Positions 48,089 through 61,567 of a DNA stretch of 64,000 nt are shown here, in pieces. The notes under the pieces were generated by a model that did not search any database, was not told the origin of the DNA, and saw nothing but the letters and a program-made list of their open reading frames with translations. The stretch lies in assembly GCA_037447605.1 (NCBI GenBank), contig CM074808.1, positions 1-64,000 on the forward strand. Reading direction: 5' to 3'. Numbering within the stretch: the stretch's first letter is position 1; each line of letters starts with the position of its first letter. Both the position numbers and the translations under genes were made by a program. Source of the DNA: Zygnema circumcarinatum SAG 698-1b (Eukaryota > Plantae > Zygnematophyceae).

Positions 48089-48679
48089 GCTAGAGGAACA
48101 GCCAGCATAAGTCGCCCTGATTCCGACTGAGATCTATGGGGGTTGGTTGTTGGGTATTGGTTGTTGGGTGTTGGCAGAGTCAATGATCGGAAGGAACGGG
48201 GGAGATGACCTGCTGACGTGGGGGGGCGCTGGATAGGAGCAGGAGGCACTCTAGTGTAAGGGCTTAGGGTTATGGGGGCGAGGGGGCGCCTAGATGTAGG
48301 GCAGCGGGGCCGCCAGGAATGTGAGCGCCACTCGTTGTGGTTCCACGGCCGACTAAGTTGGTTTTGTTCCAGTCGGCTCGCTGTACTCGAGTGTCTGTGA
48401 TGCGCCATGGTCCGTCCACGTGTTAACTTCTGCTCGCTCTCCCTCCCTCTCCCTTCCCCCCTGTCCCCTCCTCCCTTCCGTCCTCTGTCACCACCTCCCT
48501 TTCGCTTCTCTTCCCCCTCGTCCTCTCCGTCTTCCCTTTCCCGCTTCCCCTTGGTATGAAAACGGCGCGGAATGAACAAGGGCGTGACTTGTCTACGATG
48601 TTTTGCCTCTCGCCTCTTTGCTGGGGCACTCGTTGTTGGCATTCCCGCAGTGTGGCCGCAGCCTTGCATCACGGCCACC

Positions 48680-48726
48680 ACTGCTGCTTGCTGCATGGAT
48701 ACAGTGGCCATGCAGCAAGCAACAGT
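48680..48726 (-). other. Near-perfect hairpin: 19-bp stem, 9-nt loop, extendable on the minus strand
   Basis: Minus strand actgttgcttgctgcatgg-ccactgtat-ccatgcagcaagcagcagt. The single non-Watson-Crick pair is G-U on the minus strand. Confidence 0.6.
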
Positions 48727-49526
48727 ACCGGACAGCCTCGCGAAAACACCGCCGAGCAACACCGCCGAGCCAGAGCCTGTCGCGCTGCCCTCGCGACATG
48801 GGGCCAAATAAGGGAGATCCCCTAAATATCGTAAATAGCTTATTTATGTAAGATTTTGAGATTAGTTTACGTGATTTCAACTTAAATACCACACAAGCCC
48901 CAAAAAAGCATTTTTTTGGTTAAAAACAAAATTGAAATGAATTGCATTTGCAACCACGATAGCAATGATGTATATAAACTTTACTTGTTGGTATAACAAC
49001 AAGGCTTTAGAAACTGGTGCAACTTCTTCGACTCTCATAGATTGGTAAATTTTATCAATCAATTAGAACAACTGTGCATTTGGCAATCACAACATATAGT
49101 TGCTTATTCAAAAACTCAATTGCTCGGAAACTTTGTAAATCCAATCCTAAGCTCTCTATTTCCTTTTCCATCCATCATTAATTACTCCAAGTATCACTTT
49201 AGAATCCATCATAGTCTTGAAATTTCCTCACAAAAACTCTATTCCAAATCATCACCTCTGAAATTCTAGGTGTAGTCACAAAAGAAAAACTGAAATAGGA
49301 ACTAAAATTAGAAATGAAATGAAAAATGGTCCCACTCCCTTAGGAGTTTTAGGCTGAACAAGACAGTTATAGAAGTGATGCAAACTACTCAAAGAGACCC
49401 TCGAAGAGCGGTCAAACTATCAAACTGTTTGCAGTGAAGAATTCCTTCCAATGAAAAGTCTGTCAACCTCTTTCGAAACTCGTCTTTCTCCCAAACAATT
49501 CCTGTCTTCCTGTATTCCTATCACGT

Positions 49527-49554
49527 CCGTACGTGTACGGTTTAGTCCGTACAA
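49527..49554. promoter_or_regulatory. Three CCGTAC hexamers (inverted pair CCGTAC-GT-GTACGG plus TCCGTACAA) upstream of FBL17
   Basis: Exact sequence. TCCGTACAA fits the TNCGTACAA SBP-box consensus. Confidence 0.5.
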
Positions 49555-49798
49555 TCCATATTTACGTGTTTTTACAAAACCAATTTAGGGGACAGTCCCC
49601 TATCTTAAGCCGAAATCCCCTATTTGACGAACCCAACGTCCCAATTGCCCTCCTTCCTGTCAGGGCCCGCCACGCGGCGCGCGCGGAGAGGCTTCCCCCG
49701 GCCCCGCCCGGCTCCTTGCCGCGCTTTTTGCGGCACTCAGTCGATCGCTCGCGCGCTCGCTCGCCCGGAGGAGGGCGCCGGGAAGGGTGCGCTGGGGC

Positions 49799-49808
49799 GA
49801 CACGTGGC
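49799..49808 (+). promoter_or_regulatory. G-box/ABRE-like GACACGTGGC (a second palindromic GACACGTGTC at 50065-50074) in the FBL17 5' region
   Basis: Exact motif matches only. Confidence 0.35.
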
Positions 49809-50595
49809 GCTGCCGGGGGCCAGCTGCCGCTCATGCGCGCGTGCTGGGTTTATGGCGCGACGGAAGGGGCAGGGCCGGGAAGGGTAAGCGGGAGAGGTTT
49901 GTTCCTCCGAGGGAGGGAGGAAGGGAGGGAGGGAGGGAGGGGGGGCATCTGCCGGGGGGCTGCTGCTGCTGCTGCTGGTGATGTTGCCGTGATGATGCAG
50001 AGTTTAGGGCTTTGGGGGGAGGAGGTGAGGGTTTGGCCATTGGCGTGTGCCTTAGTGAGCTCCTGACACGTGTCGTTGGCACATTGTGCGTGCAGGGAGC
50101 AGCTGCTTTGTGAGGGTGACAGGCGGCGGGTTTGCAGGGAAGGGAGAGGAAATAGGGCTTTCGGAGGCTAAGGGCTTCGAAGTAAGAGTGGACAACTGAG
50201 GGAGAGAGAAGGAGATGGCGTGCTTGAAACAAAGCTCGCGGCTTATGCAGCCATGGCTGCCCGTGCTGGCTTCGATCAGCTGACTTCACTTATACTCTCT
50301 TCCCTGCAGTAAAGCTTCGAGCTTTCTTACTTTCAGCCATGTCTTCTCCTCCTCCCCCTCGGTGTTCGGTCCTCCCATCCCCGGCCCATCTCTGAAACTT
50401 CGCCTTTCAGTCCCATGGCATGCATGGACCATATCGATACGTGCAGAACCTTCAAGTTCTCGCCTTCCTTTCCTTTGACTTTGCCGCAAGAAGGTCACAT
50501 CGCTAGCCGCCAGATGGCAGCAGTCCCTTGCATGTGACGCGGTACCAGCAGCCCCACTGCCATCGCCGTCGGCCTCGCCACCGGCGGCGCGTCAC

Positions 50596-53500
50596 ATGGC
50601 CGCCGCGGAGGATGCCGCGCCCTCGTCGTCCTCCCCGTCCTCGTGGAGCCCCCCCGCCGGCGTGAGCTCGCCCGGCCCACACGTGCCCCCCCAGAGCGTC
50701 ATGGACGCGCTGCACCGCCCCGACGCTGTGCGCCCGCTCTTCCCCCCTCTGAACGCCTCCTCCGACCCTCCCTCCCTCCCCTCCTCCTCCCACCCCACCC
50801 AGCATCAGACATGGCGGCCCCGCTCGGCCTCCCAGTCGGGCGAGTCCGAGCTCGGGGCCAGCTACGAGCAGAGTGAGGACACGTGGCAGCAGCAGCAGCA
50901 GCTGCGGCAGCAGCCGATAGGGAAGCGACAGCGAGGATCGTACAAGTGTCGGCGGTGTGGGCAGCCGAAGAAAGGCCACACATGTCCTCTGGAATCTTCC
51001 TCCAGCCCCCACACTCCCATACATCATCATCAACATCAACATAGACAACATCCTCGTCAACTACATCATCTTGATGATGCAGCAGGACATGGGGGGCCCA
51101 GAGGAAGCATGGTCATGACCATGGCTATGTCGTCAGCAGCTGACATTAGCCCCAGAAACCCCCAGCAGCAGCAGCAACGATTTGTGATGGGGCGGCCTTC
51201 TCCTCTCTCTGCGCGAGAACCCCAAGTTGGCGATTCCCCTCAAGGATTGGAGATTTCTCCAGGGCCGCAGACACTGCCGCGGCGGCAGCTGGCAGTGTCT
51301 CCTGGCGACGGTGCCACTTGGCAGCCGAGAAGGGTTCAAGGCTCAGGATCGAGAAGCGTCGCTGCTCAAGGGGTTAAGGTAGAGCAGGACGAACAGGAGA
51401 GGGTTGATGAGGAGGAGGAGGAGGACGATGAGGTGGAGGAGGAAGAGGAGGATGGGGAGGGAGAGGAGGGCGAGGATGGAGTGGAAGCTTGTGAACAGAG
51501 AGAGGGGCAAGTGGCTGAGCTTCGACGAAGGTTAAGGATGGTGTCTGCAGTAAGCCCTACTACTACGGGATATTCGATGGAAGGAATGTCGTTTTACAGG
51601 GGAGGGAGAGAGCGCCTGGATGCGGGAGAGGGGAGGAGAAAGGAGGAGAGCAGGCGGTGGTTAGCGCGGTCGCCGAGGTGATTCTCTTACAGCCTTATTT
51701 TTTTTTTATCAGGCACTAAGAACGATGGATATCATACCACTTAGAATGTGGTGTTCTTTGGTACTTTTCCTTTTCCTTTTTTTAAATCAGCAGCTGAGCT
51801 CGGATGGAGGTTAGTGATGTTTCCATTTTCCACCTCTGTTATCAGTCACATTATGTCATATCTTTTTACTTCTTTTCCGTTCTGCCCCCCTGCAGTCAAA
51901 GAGGCATGCAGCAGGCGGGGCGGCCTGTGTCTGTGGGCGTGACTCCAATCAAAGGGGTCCCTTCGATTCCTCAGTGCACGCCAGAGAGTAGTGAAAGGAA
52001 ACACTTGCCGAGATTTGACAGGTAAAAAGGTGGCCTCTTCCCCTCTCGTGTTCCCTTCCGTATTTCAGGAAGCTTTGTATGAGGACATTTCACTCCTTCA
52101 GCGGGTGCAGTTCTTTTTAAGGGAGATAAAGGAATTTATTGCACATTGTAAAAATATTGTTTTAGCATGTTTGTTTCAGTGAGAGCATTAACTTGGATGT
52201 AGAAATCAACGGAGAGCAGCCCTTGTATTCAGGGAAGTTGAAGGGTTCAGGGCTCATTCCCCTGCGCTGAGCTCAAGCAGCGTTCAGGAACAATTCGTAC
52301 TGAGAAATGGAACGGGCGGGGGTCTCTTCACAGAACTGAGCCGAGCAGCAGAGCTCCGACTCCGATAAAGAAGCGGAGCCCGCAGGACTTGTGCATGCTT
52401 ATCATCCTCTCTAAGGTGTGCCCACTCTCTCCGTGCCCACGCTGATCCACTGCCAGTCTCCTTCACTGCTCCACTACCGACTCGCTATGACTCTTCGTCG
52501 ATGCCTCGCTAACTCACTATCACTTATTTTTTTCACAATATTGTTCGCTATTGCTGGATAATTCGACTGCATGTTCGGGTCACAATCGTGTGTTCCTCTC
52601 AGAGGCAAGAAGACAACCTTCAATGAAAAACATTATCCTCCAAGGGTCTTCAAGCATCTTTGACACCCCGGATGCTGCCTCTCTCTGCTTGTGCAGCTGC
52701 CGCCGCAAGATCTGCTGTCTGCTACCGCCTGCTGTCGGAGATGGAGGCGACTGGCAACAGAGATCTGGTGGGCGCCATCGGCAAGCAGATTGTCCTTGTG
52801 CACTGTCGATGGACAGTCTTGTCATTGCTCATGCGTACACTTTTCCCAACTTTCTCTTTTTGCTTTCCATATCACTCTCACCTCTCTATCTTTCCCTACC
52901 TTCTTCATATTCGTCAATGAATGCAGGAATGATGTGAAGGAAGCCACATTTGTGCTTTCGGAATCGCCATGTCCAAGCCGCTATCTTTCATTCATGTTGA
53001 TGCGCTGCCCATGCCTCGTGCGACTCACCCTCAAAATGCAAACGTGAAAATCCTCAAACCTTCAAAAACTCGAATTCTTAAGCAACCGAGTAATCCGGAA
53101 AACCTTAGCGAGCTCTCGTCTCCAACTCCACATTAAAAAATGAGAAAGCCGCTAGTTAATTTTGTAAAGCAGGCACTTGCTTCTTTCCTTGTGTTATTCG
53201 TCGTTTGCTTCTTCATGCAGTTCAAGTGCAGCTATTGAGTGAGATTATGAAACTGGGTTTCACTTTTCTCCTATGCAGGACTGTTGATGACGACCTCCTT
53301 CGGGGAATCGTCGCAAACCGAACTCATTTGAGTTCTCTTAAGATCTTGAAAGGTCGTGCAAACGTTCCATGCGCAATAACAGGGTAAGCGTGAGTCGTCT
53401 CCCCGTTAAAAGTCGAAACCCTGTAAATTTCTGTGGATGATACCCTTTCGGCAGAACGATTTGTTTCAGCAAACTGTGGTCTCGTCCCTCTTAATCCCGA

Positions 53501-56500
53501 CGTTTCAACGCTTGGAAACGGAAAACGGTTACTTGGGAAGATTCTCTTTATAAGAGGGAGGCTGCCATGTGGCAGTGCGGGAGTGGCTGACCTGACGCAG
53601 GGCTGCCCGAAGCTTGAAATTCTGGAGGTTGACGGCTGCGATCAACTGGTGGAGTTGACAGTGCGCAGCGCAAGGTAGGCTGATTTCTTGTGGCGTGGTG
53701 GCAGAGGGGGGACGAGAGAGGGGGGGGAGAAGGGAGCTCAAGAGAGCCAGAGGAGAAGGAGAAAGGGACGGGCAAACGAGGAGATGGAGAGGCAATGGTT
53801 GAGGGTGAGGGACTGGAAGATGCTGAGAGGGTGAAACAGAAGGGGGAGATAGAGAGAGAGATAGGAGAAGTAACGTAGAGGGCAGGGCAGATGGACAGTA
53901 AGAGATGAGGAGAGGAGAGGGAGCGAGAGGGAGAGGCCTTGAGTTCTCATCACTCGCACGTGCCGGAATGCAGCCTGCAGCGGATCTCGCTCTCCAGCTG
54001 TCACCGCCTGGCGAGCGCCGACCTTGACTGTCCCAGTCTCCGAGAAATCTCATTGGATGCGCTCGACCCGGGAGCAGAGCGAGTCGTAGATCTCCAACTG
54101 GGGTGCCAGGTGGCAGCCATCGAGAGCCCCAAGACTGCATCAGACCTTTCCCTTGTGCTGCAGCAGGTGGGCCCCACTTCTCAACAGAGGGTGCAGATAT
54201 CGAGATCTGATTAACTGAAACCCGGTCTGCAAAAAACCTAACGAACCAAAATTGAAGAATGTACAAACCTGCAAAACCCTGAAACACTAAAGAGTGGCAC
54301 CTTGAATGGAAGGTCCTGATAACCCCGATAACATCTGACGAAGCGTACTTTAGGGACAACAAAGACTAATGAACCTCTATGGATATTTTAAGCCTTCCAG
54401 TTGTTGTCTTCCGCTTCTACCCTGGCCGTGTTTCTTATACACGTCTCTTGAGACTTTAGGGTCCTCAGGACTTTTAAGGTATTGAAAGTAGGTGTCTCCC
54501 AATGTTGCCGACATGGACTGTAGGACCCTCTAGTCGTGGGGCTGCAGGGTTGCGCCGTTTCATGGTTTCTGGGATCGGCAAAGCGTTGCTTCTCACGGCC
54601 GCGCCGGCCCCTGTTGTTGCATGCAGGTTGCAGCGTCCTGCCCTGCCTTAGAGAAGGTTCACGTGGCTTCGCCTCAGCTTACAAATGCAGTAAGGATCCT
54701 TAAAGGGTTGGGGAATTTAAGGCCTCTTGTCACTTTACTTCTGCTTTCTTTCCATATCTCCCTATCTCGCTCTCTGTCTCCTCCTCTAGGGGTTTCCTTC
54801 TTACTATCTGTCTCCTGAATATCCCTTGCTCTTTTCCCGTCTTCGTCCCTCTTGTTATGTGCATCTATTTCCTTCTCTTACTCGCTTTCCCTCTCTTCTC
54901 CTCTCCAACTCTTCTCTCCGTTTCTCCCCTTTTGCAACGCTATCCCTCCTTGTCCCTCCCTCTATCCTTCTCCCTCTCTCCCTCTCCTCGTTTTAACCTG
55001 TTCTCCCTCACTCTCTCCTTTTCCCGACCCCTTCTCTCTCTCATCCATGGTCAGCTTGGGTGATGGCAGGATGTGCGGGCGCTTCTAAGCGGACCGCACA
55101 ACAACATGCGCGCTTTGTCGCTCACTTTGGCGCCGCTTCTCACAGACGGTGCGCTGCAGCACTTGGGAGGGGAGAGCAAGAGTGGGAGAAAGGACGGGCG
55201 ATGAGCGGCAGGAGAGCGACGAGAGGGAGGGGGGTCGGAGGGAGAGAAATAGAGGGAGAGTGGAAAACTAGGAGGAAGGAGATGGAGGAGGAATGAAATG
55301 ATGGGAGGGGGGAGGATTGCACTTTTCTTTAACCATAGTTTTAATTTTCTTACGGGAATATTGTGCATGTTTGAAGTTATTAATGGAAATAATCAAGTAA
55401 CTAATTACAGGAATCTTTCTTTACCTGAGTGCAGAATCGGCAAGAGAGATTGTAGACAGGTGTGCCCTCATGCAGTTGGTGGACATGAGCGGGTGTTGCG
55501 GTCTTGCCGAGAGGACGCTCCAATACTTGAGGTGAGCTTTAGGCATACGGATATATAGGGCTCCGGGTTCTAGGGTAAAGAGCGAGTAATTGCCTTGAAT
55601 GAAAATTGAAGTATGATCGGTATTTTCTTAACGAAAGACTTAATTTTTTTCTTACTTTTCTCTCTCCGTGTTCCCCTCCGCCCTTTCTCCTACCATGTCC
55701 GCTTTTCACCTCACTTTTCTGCCTCTCGTCATCCTTTCCTTCCCACTCTCGCTCTCTCTCAAATCCCCTTGTCGCGCTCGTCTCCCTCGTGGTTTCTTTG
55801 CGCAGTGCCACGTTTTCAGAGTCGTTAACGCACCTCTTCCTGGCGGCCTGTCCCAACATGACACCTGGCGCCGTCCGTACGGCTGTGGCGGCGCTGCCGC
55901 GGCTGAAGCTGCTTGACCTCGGCCACAGCCTCGTCGCTCGCCCGGAAGAGAGGGAGAGTGGGGGGGGGAGGGAGGGAGGAGGGCCTGGGAGGAGGGAAGC
56001 AGAGGGAGAGGGAGAGAAGCTACAGAAGGTGAAAGAGGAGAGTCCAGCTGAAGAGGGAGGGGAGGGAAGGCTCGCTGCCGGGGGAGGAGAAGGAGGGTTG
56101 ACTATCAGGAGACGGAGAAGAAGCTTGAGCAGGAAAGGAAGTGGGAGAGGTGGGGTGGCTAAGGGAGAAGAGAGGAGGGAGAGGGAGGCGTTGAGTGAGA
56201 GGATGCTGCAATTGCAAAGTGGAAGTTTGGAGAGGTTAAGTTTGTGGGGATGTACACGATTGCAGGTATGCTCTTTATCAATTTTCAGCCTGAGGGTTTA
56301 GGTTTACAGGCTATTAGGGTCAGTGGAGTTTTGGAGGGCTTTTGAGTTGGTTTTCCTCTCTCCTTAGTCAGCTTCATGTGAATGGGTTTATCTTGTATTT
56401 TATGTATTCCTGGCGGATGAGAATATTGCTTATTTTGTGATCCGAGTACACTGAACATAGGCGAGTGGTATTCAGAGGGGCCGTTTGGATATTGGAGAAT

Positions 56501-57309
56501 GAATAGCAATCAGGTGGTCATTCTGCTTCCTCTCCCTCTTGGTGTCTTCCTCTATCTCTCCTTTTCTGTCCGGATTTTCCACTTTTTTTGCCCTTTCTTT
56601 CTTCTCTGTTTCCCTCCCTCCCCTCTCCCCCCCCCACCCCATTCCCCCTCCACTCTTGACGCTCGCCACTCTCCCTCGCCTCTGCAGGGGGTCGAGTTGA
56701 ACTGCCCTTCGCTGCTTGAGCTGAACCTAAACTTTTGCGTCAATTTGGAGCCCAGTCCCTTGGCCCTCGACTTCCAGTGCGCCAGACTGCACCACCTGTC
56801 GACCTTCGGATGTTCTGCACAAGTGATTGACTATTTACATAGAGCACCATGGGGTCTACCTCCTCCCTCCCCGTCTCGCTCTCCCTCTCCCTCTCCCTCT
56901 CCCTCGCCGTCTGTCTCTCCCGCTCCCTCCCCCTCACTATCCGTTCGCCCACCATTCTCTGAAATTCAGCCGCCTGCAAGGTGATCGAAACTACTTTTTT
57001 TCAACGCTTCTTCTCTTCTCTTCGCTCATTTCCGCCCACAACGCAAGTTTTTCTTCCTTTGCTGCTCTTTGGAGGGACCGGTCAATGCAGACGGTCTGCA
57101 GGGTATCCTTTGCAACAGGGAAGGGGCACACCATCTGGTGTATTTTGCAAACAGTGTGCATGCACGGGGCTTTGAAGGAAATCTAAACAAAAGCAGATCC
57201 TGAAAATCCGAAAGCAGAAGCTGACGCGGTGCTTCTGTGCGGCAGGTTGAGGGGCCGACGAAGTCGATCCATGAGGAGCCCAGTGAAGGCGCGTCCGGAG
57301 CAGTCGTGA
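50596..57309 (+). CDS. FBL17: F-box/LRR-repeat protein 17-like (SCF substrate adaptor, cell-cycle regulator), multi-exon
   Basis: N-terminal RGSYKCRRCGQPKKGHTC (FBL17 signature, as recalled for At3g54650), F-box ..LCMLIILSK|LPPQDLLSATACCRRWR, then cysteine-containing LRRs (RCPCLVRLTLKMQ, CPKLEILEVDGC, CPSLREISLD, LERLSLWGCT, CPSLLELNLNFC). The last exon is uncertain: the stop is at 56984 if the final intron is unspliced. Confidence 0.88.
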
Positions 57310-58050
57310 AAGGGACAGAATTTGAATACGAGGTGGGGTAGGGAGGGAAGGGGAAGGGGGATGGAGAGAGAGAGGGAGAAGTTGGGGGATGGTGAACTGG
57401 AGAGGGAAGGGAGGGGGGCAGGCAGCGAGATGAGGGAAGTAGAGTGATTAATTAGGTAGGTGGGAGCTCTTGCGAAAATGCACTGCGGGAGGGAGAGGCG
57501 TCACGTCAGTGCACTCAATAATGCACCGCACGGTACAATGCCGCAACGGCATGATTCAGCTCACGGCGCCGAGGAAGTGTGGTAATAGGCAGTTTCACCG
57601 CAGCTTCTTCAGCGAGACGATTGCAGCAAGGGGCTTGGGGTATAAGGCAGCCATTGTGACAGAGAAGAGGAGAGCGTCAGCGGTAGGGTGGCGCTGGCAT
57701 TTGCTGGCACGGTGAGGCTGTCGTATTTCCTGCAAGAGGGCTGAAGTTGGCCTTGCTGCCCGCTATGCTTTCAAAGACTTTTCAATCTCTGAGACACATT
57801 CTGTGCCTGTGCGGTTACGCCTTTATTGGAATGTGCTGAGGTGCTGATCCGAGGCTGAGCACGTCTCAAAATCAAGTTAAAAAGAACTAACCAAAATATA
57901 GCTGACAAACAACCTCGACAACGTTTTCTCAAAAAAAAAGGAGAGAGAGAGAGAGAGAGAGAGACAGAGAAAGTGAGACAGCTCTTAGTTAATTTTGTTC
58001 TAAGTTTCCGAATTAACAGAATGTCGCGGCATGGAGGCCTTAGCAGGACA

Positions 58051-60643
58051 TCAGATGCGCCTCCTGCTGTCGCTGCGAGGACGCTTTGCGGGCGGAGGGC
58101 TCGTGCGCTCCTGTACAGGAAACCGCGCGAGGGAAGGGTAGGCACTCTGCTGAAGGGAGGGCGAGGGGACGGAGGTACAGGGAGAGGGGGGCGGGGAAGG
58201 GGCGAGAGGTGAGGTCCGCGCCTCACCTGGTCGAGCACATTGAGCTCCTCTGCATTCGGAGTGAGCTTTAACGAATCCTGTCCTCCGCAGCGACCCAAGA
58301 CACCCCGAATGAAAAGAGGCCTAACATCAGTCCCAGTCACACAAAAGAAAAGCGCAAGACTCGTTTGGTCACTGCAGCAAGACGAAGAGGCATTGAAGCG
58401 GAGACACCGATTCACCTGAGGCTGCGCGACCTGCTGTGCAGCTGCCTCCACTATCTGCACTTGCAAAACACAACAGTATTAAAGACATTTCAAAATCACA
58501 TCCAATCAGTTGAGCGGCAACAGCACATAGAATGCACTCTGCAAGGCCACAGATTGCCGACCGATCCTGGAATTCAATGCAAGTGAATACATTTGAAACA
58601 TCGTATTTTTCCCTTTGGGATTCGTCATAACAGGTTGACCAATGCCTCCCCTTCAACCACACAAGGCTGCAGAGCACTTCAGAGTACACGCACATTCTTC
58701 GCCCTCCCAACAGCCATGCCCGGCGGCGCAGCTTTAGCTGCAGTCGGGCCATGAGCATGGCGGTATGCTGAGCTGCACAGCCATTACAAAGCATTTTAAA
58801 AGAGTTGAAATGCCTTTCAGAGGTTTAAAGAACATAGGGTTCTCCAGATCCTTGAGGATTCTGTTACTCCTGCACTTTTTTTTTCTTTTAGGCTCCTAGG
58901 CACATATTCTCATTATACGTTCCCTGCACCTACAACTAAATAGGCGAATTCTGGATTCAGAAAAAAAGTGCACCTACATTTGTTGTAGATCCCATGTCTT
59001 CCTACTGAATCGGAATCTTATCGACCTTCATGTCCCTTGTTCTCTATGTGCTGTCCGTTTTAGTGTTTTCAGAGATTAAGAGATCTTTACGCTATAGAGC
59101 TTCTTAAGGTTTGTATGGTATGCCAGAGACTACACCTTATTTGATGGGGTAAAAGCTCGAGGGCGGAGGGAGGGTACTGAAGGGGAGGGTGTGGAAGGGA
59201 CAAGGGATCGAAAACGGACGGCTGCGAACTGTACATGAGATTCTCCCCGGCTTTGGGAGCAGCAGAAGCCGTAGCTTTTTGGGTAACAGGAGGCACCGCT
59301 TTTGTGCTGGCTGAAATGAAGAGGGAGGAGCCACAAACAGTGGACGTGAGTATCTGGAGTATATCCGAACAAGAAATTCGGAGTCTGAAGAGTTAGACTG
59401 AACAAATTTGACGACAATCAGGCTTAAAATAATGCTACGACAGCATAAGGCTGCTACTGCCTACTTAAGACTCGCTGCTGATGGAGTATGTGATCGAGTA
59501 TTCCCCGTCTCTCCTCCCCTCTCCCCCTCCTCCTCCTCGCTTCCCCTCCACCTCCCCTTCCCCTCTCTCTCTCCCTAGCGCAGTGTTATTCAGAATCTCC
59601 CTAAACAGAGTTTCGAATGTGTCTAGAGTTCCTAGCGCCTTAAAGAATTAGGGTTTGCAGGGTATACAGTCAGTCCTGCGCAGCACTGCGCGGCGCCGAT
59701 CCTCCAGCTTCGCCCTCACGTCAGCGAGACTTTCGAAGTGCGGCGCGTACGCCACCTTCAGAAGGGCGCCCAGGAAGGGCTGCTCGTCCAGCTTCCGCTT
59801 CGCGAACCTGCACGCATGCTCATCAGGCTGCCTACGGCTTTCAAAACTATGGGAGCTTTGAATTTCGGAGAATTCAGGACCAATCGTGAGTTGAAGATTC
59901 TAGGTTAGGGAAAACTGGAGTTTTTTCAGGTACCTTTGCTGATTGGCTTGAGGAAAAAACCTTGAATTTCATCGATAGAGTCCAAAAACAAAACATAACA
60001 TAGAAGAGCTAAGGCCTAGGAACAGACTCTGCATCGTGACAACCCTAAAAGCCTGAATGCTATGCAAAAGAAGGAAACACTGAAAACTCACCTTGCATTC
60101 GCGATGTGAACAAACTTGATCCAGTAAACGTCTGTGAAGGGCTCGCAATCCTCCTCATCCATCAGGCGATACCTGCGCCGCATGTGGTTCAAAGATTTTG
60201 ACTATACTTTGAGCACATACCGTGAATTTTTTCATGGTTGAACAAAGTAGAATGCCAATTGCAGCAAACGAGGGAGAGAGAAAGAAGATAGTGCTCACTC
60301 TTCAATAGGGCCGTACAGAGCGAACAGCTTGATAAGATCATCGATGCAGCCGAGCGCTGGCACGTTGCGCACTACTAAATACCTGCCCGCTCTCGCCCCC
60401 TCTGCTGTCAGGCATTTTTAGGGACTTTCGGGGTCAAAATATGGCGGACAGCTCTTCGAGTGTTCAGGGATATTCAGGAAGTTTACCCAACCTACATTAT
60501 TGGTTAGCGGTGCAGGCCCGCTTTAAGTTCTGATGGCATTGCCAGTTAGGAGAAGGGCGCGGGGCGGACCTGGACTCCTGGCAGACGGTGTACACGCGCA
60601 CGGCCACCTCCCTGCGCGCTGCGCGGCGGCCCTCGCCCGCCAT
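58051..60643 (-). CDS. RBM48: RNA-binding protein 48 (minor/U12 spliceosome factor), multi-exon
   Basis: MAGEGRRAARREVAVRVYTVCQES|RYLVVRNVPALGCIDDLIKLFALYGPIEE|YRLMDEEDCEPFTDVYWIKFVHIANA|RFAKRKLDEQPFLGALLKVAYAPHFESLADVRAKL... ending ...KRPRSDSRRRI*, colinear with the recalled human and plant RBM48. Confidence 0.92.
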
Positions 60644-61567
60644 GGCCCCATCGCCCGCCGCCGAGCTCCGCCGCGTCCGACTGCCAAGGCGTCATGCGAA
60701 GTGGCCGCACCGCGTCCCCCGCAAGCTTGCCGAGGAGTTGTTTTTTTCGGGTCGACCATGCGGCCATGGCGAGTACATGACGCGCACAGTCCGCGCGTTC
60801 ACCGTCCCTCTCGACCTTCGTTTCTCGTCCTGTAAACAAACGTCCTGCTCTTGGCTAAACCAAACATTCTCACTCCTGGTGCGCGCTTGAAAGAAACGAA
60901 AATGATTGTTGCGCGAGTGGTTTCTTCGACATTAGGGCGTTTCAGACTTAACAAAATGAAAAGCGTTACGAAAAAAAAGGTTACGAAAGTACTCCGCCGC
61001 AGAAGGATCGCGATGTTATTGGAGCACTCGTTCTGGTGTCAAACTGACGAACACGCATACTAACGCTTTTTAAGGCTGACGCGCCCTTTTACCATTGTTC
61101 AGAATTTTGTCGTCCAGCTTCAAAAGTAGATAGGCCTGACAGTGGAAAAGAGGAAAAGGCATTTGACATCGAGCATGTTGATCAAATCTGCGAGTAAAAC
61201 AGATCAATTGGTTTATGTATTCCCTTTTTTCGTTAATGTTTGAACGCTGACTTCGATGTGCACGCATCGAACAGGGTGTGGCATTGATCTCGTGCTGGCG
61301 ATGCCATCAACCGCACATGGACTAAAGCAACACGGAGAACCACGGGAAGCGGTCGCGACGGAACATTTGATAAGCTGTGAGCGGAGCACTCCGCTCCCAG
61401 GCCCGCCCGTCAGCGCCTCGGGAGTCGGGAGTCACCGCGCAGGTCGCCCACGCGGAGGGGCATGGGAGGAGGGAGGGAGGGAGAACGGGGCGGACGGGCG
61501 GTCAAACCCAACAGCCAGCCAGCGGGTCGCGTCGACGGAACGCGAGGAAAGGCGAGGCGAAAGAAAG

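Noticed and set aside
48079-48807. 242-aa minus-strand ORF
   Set aside because: Non-ATG start, includes a GA-rich tract, and has no recognisable motif; probably a 3'UTR or intergenic antisense reading.
57103-57112. GTATCCTTTG matching the U12 5' splice-site consensus
   Set aside because: Not at an exon boundary needed by the FBL17 frame, and no U12 branch site (TCCTTAAC) was paired to it; probably chance.
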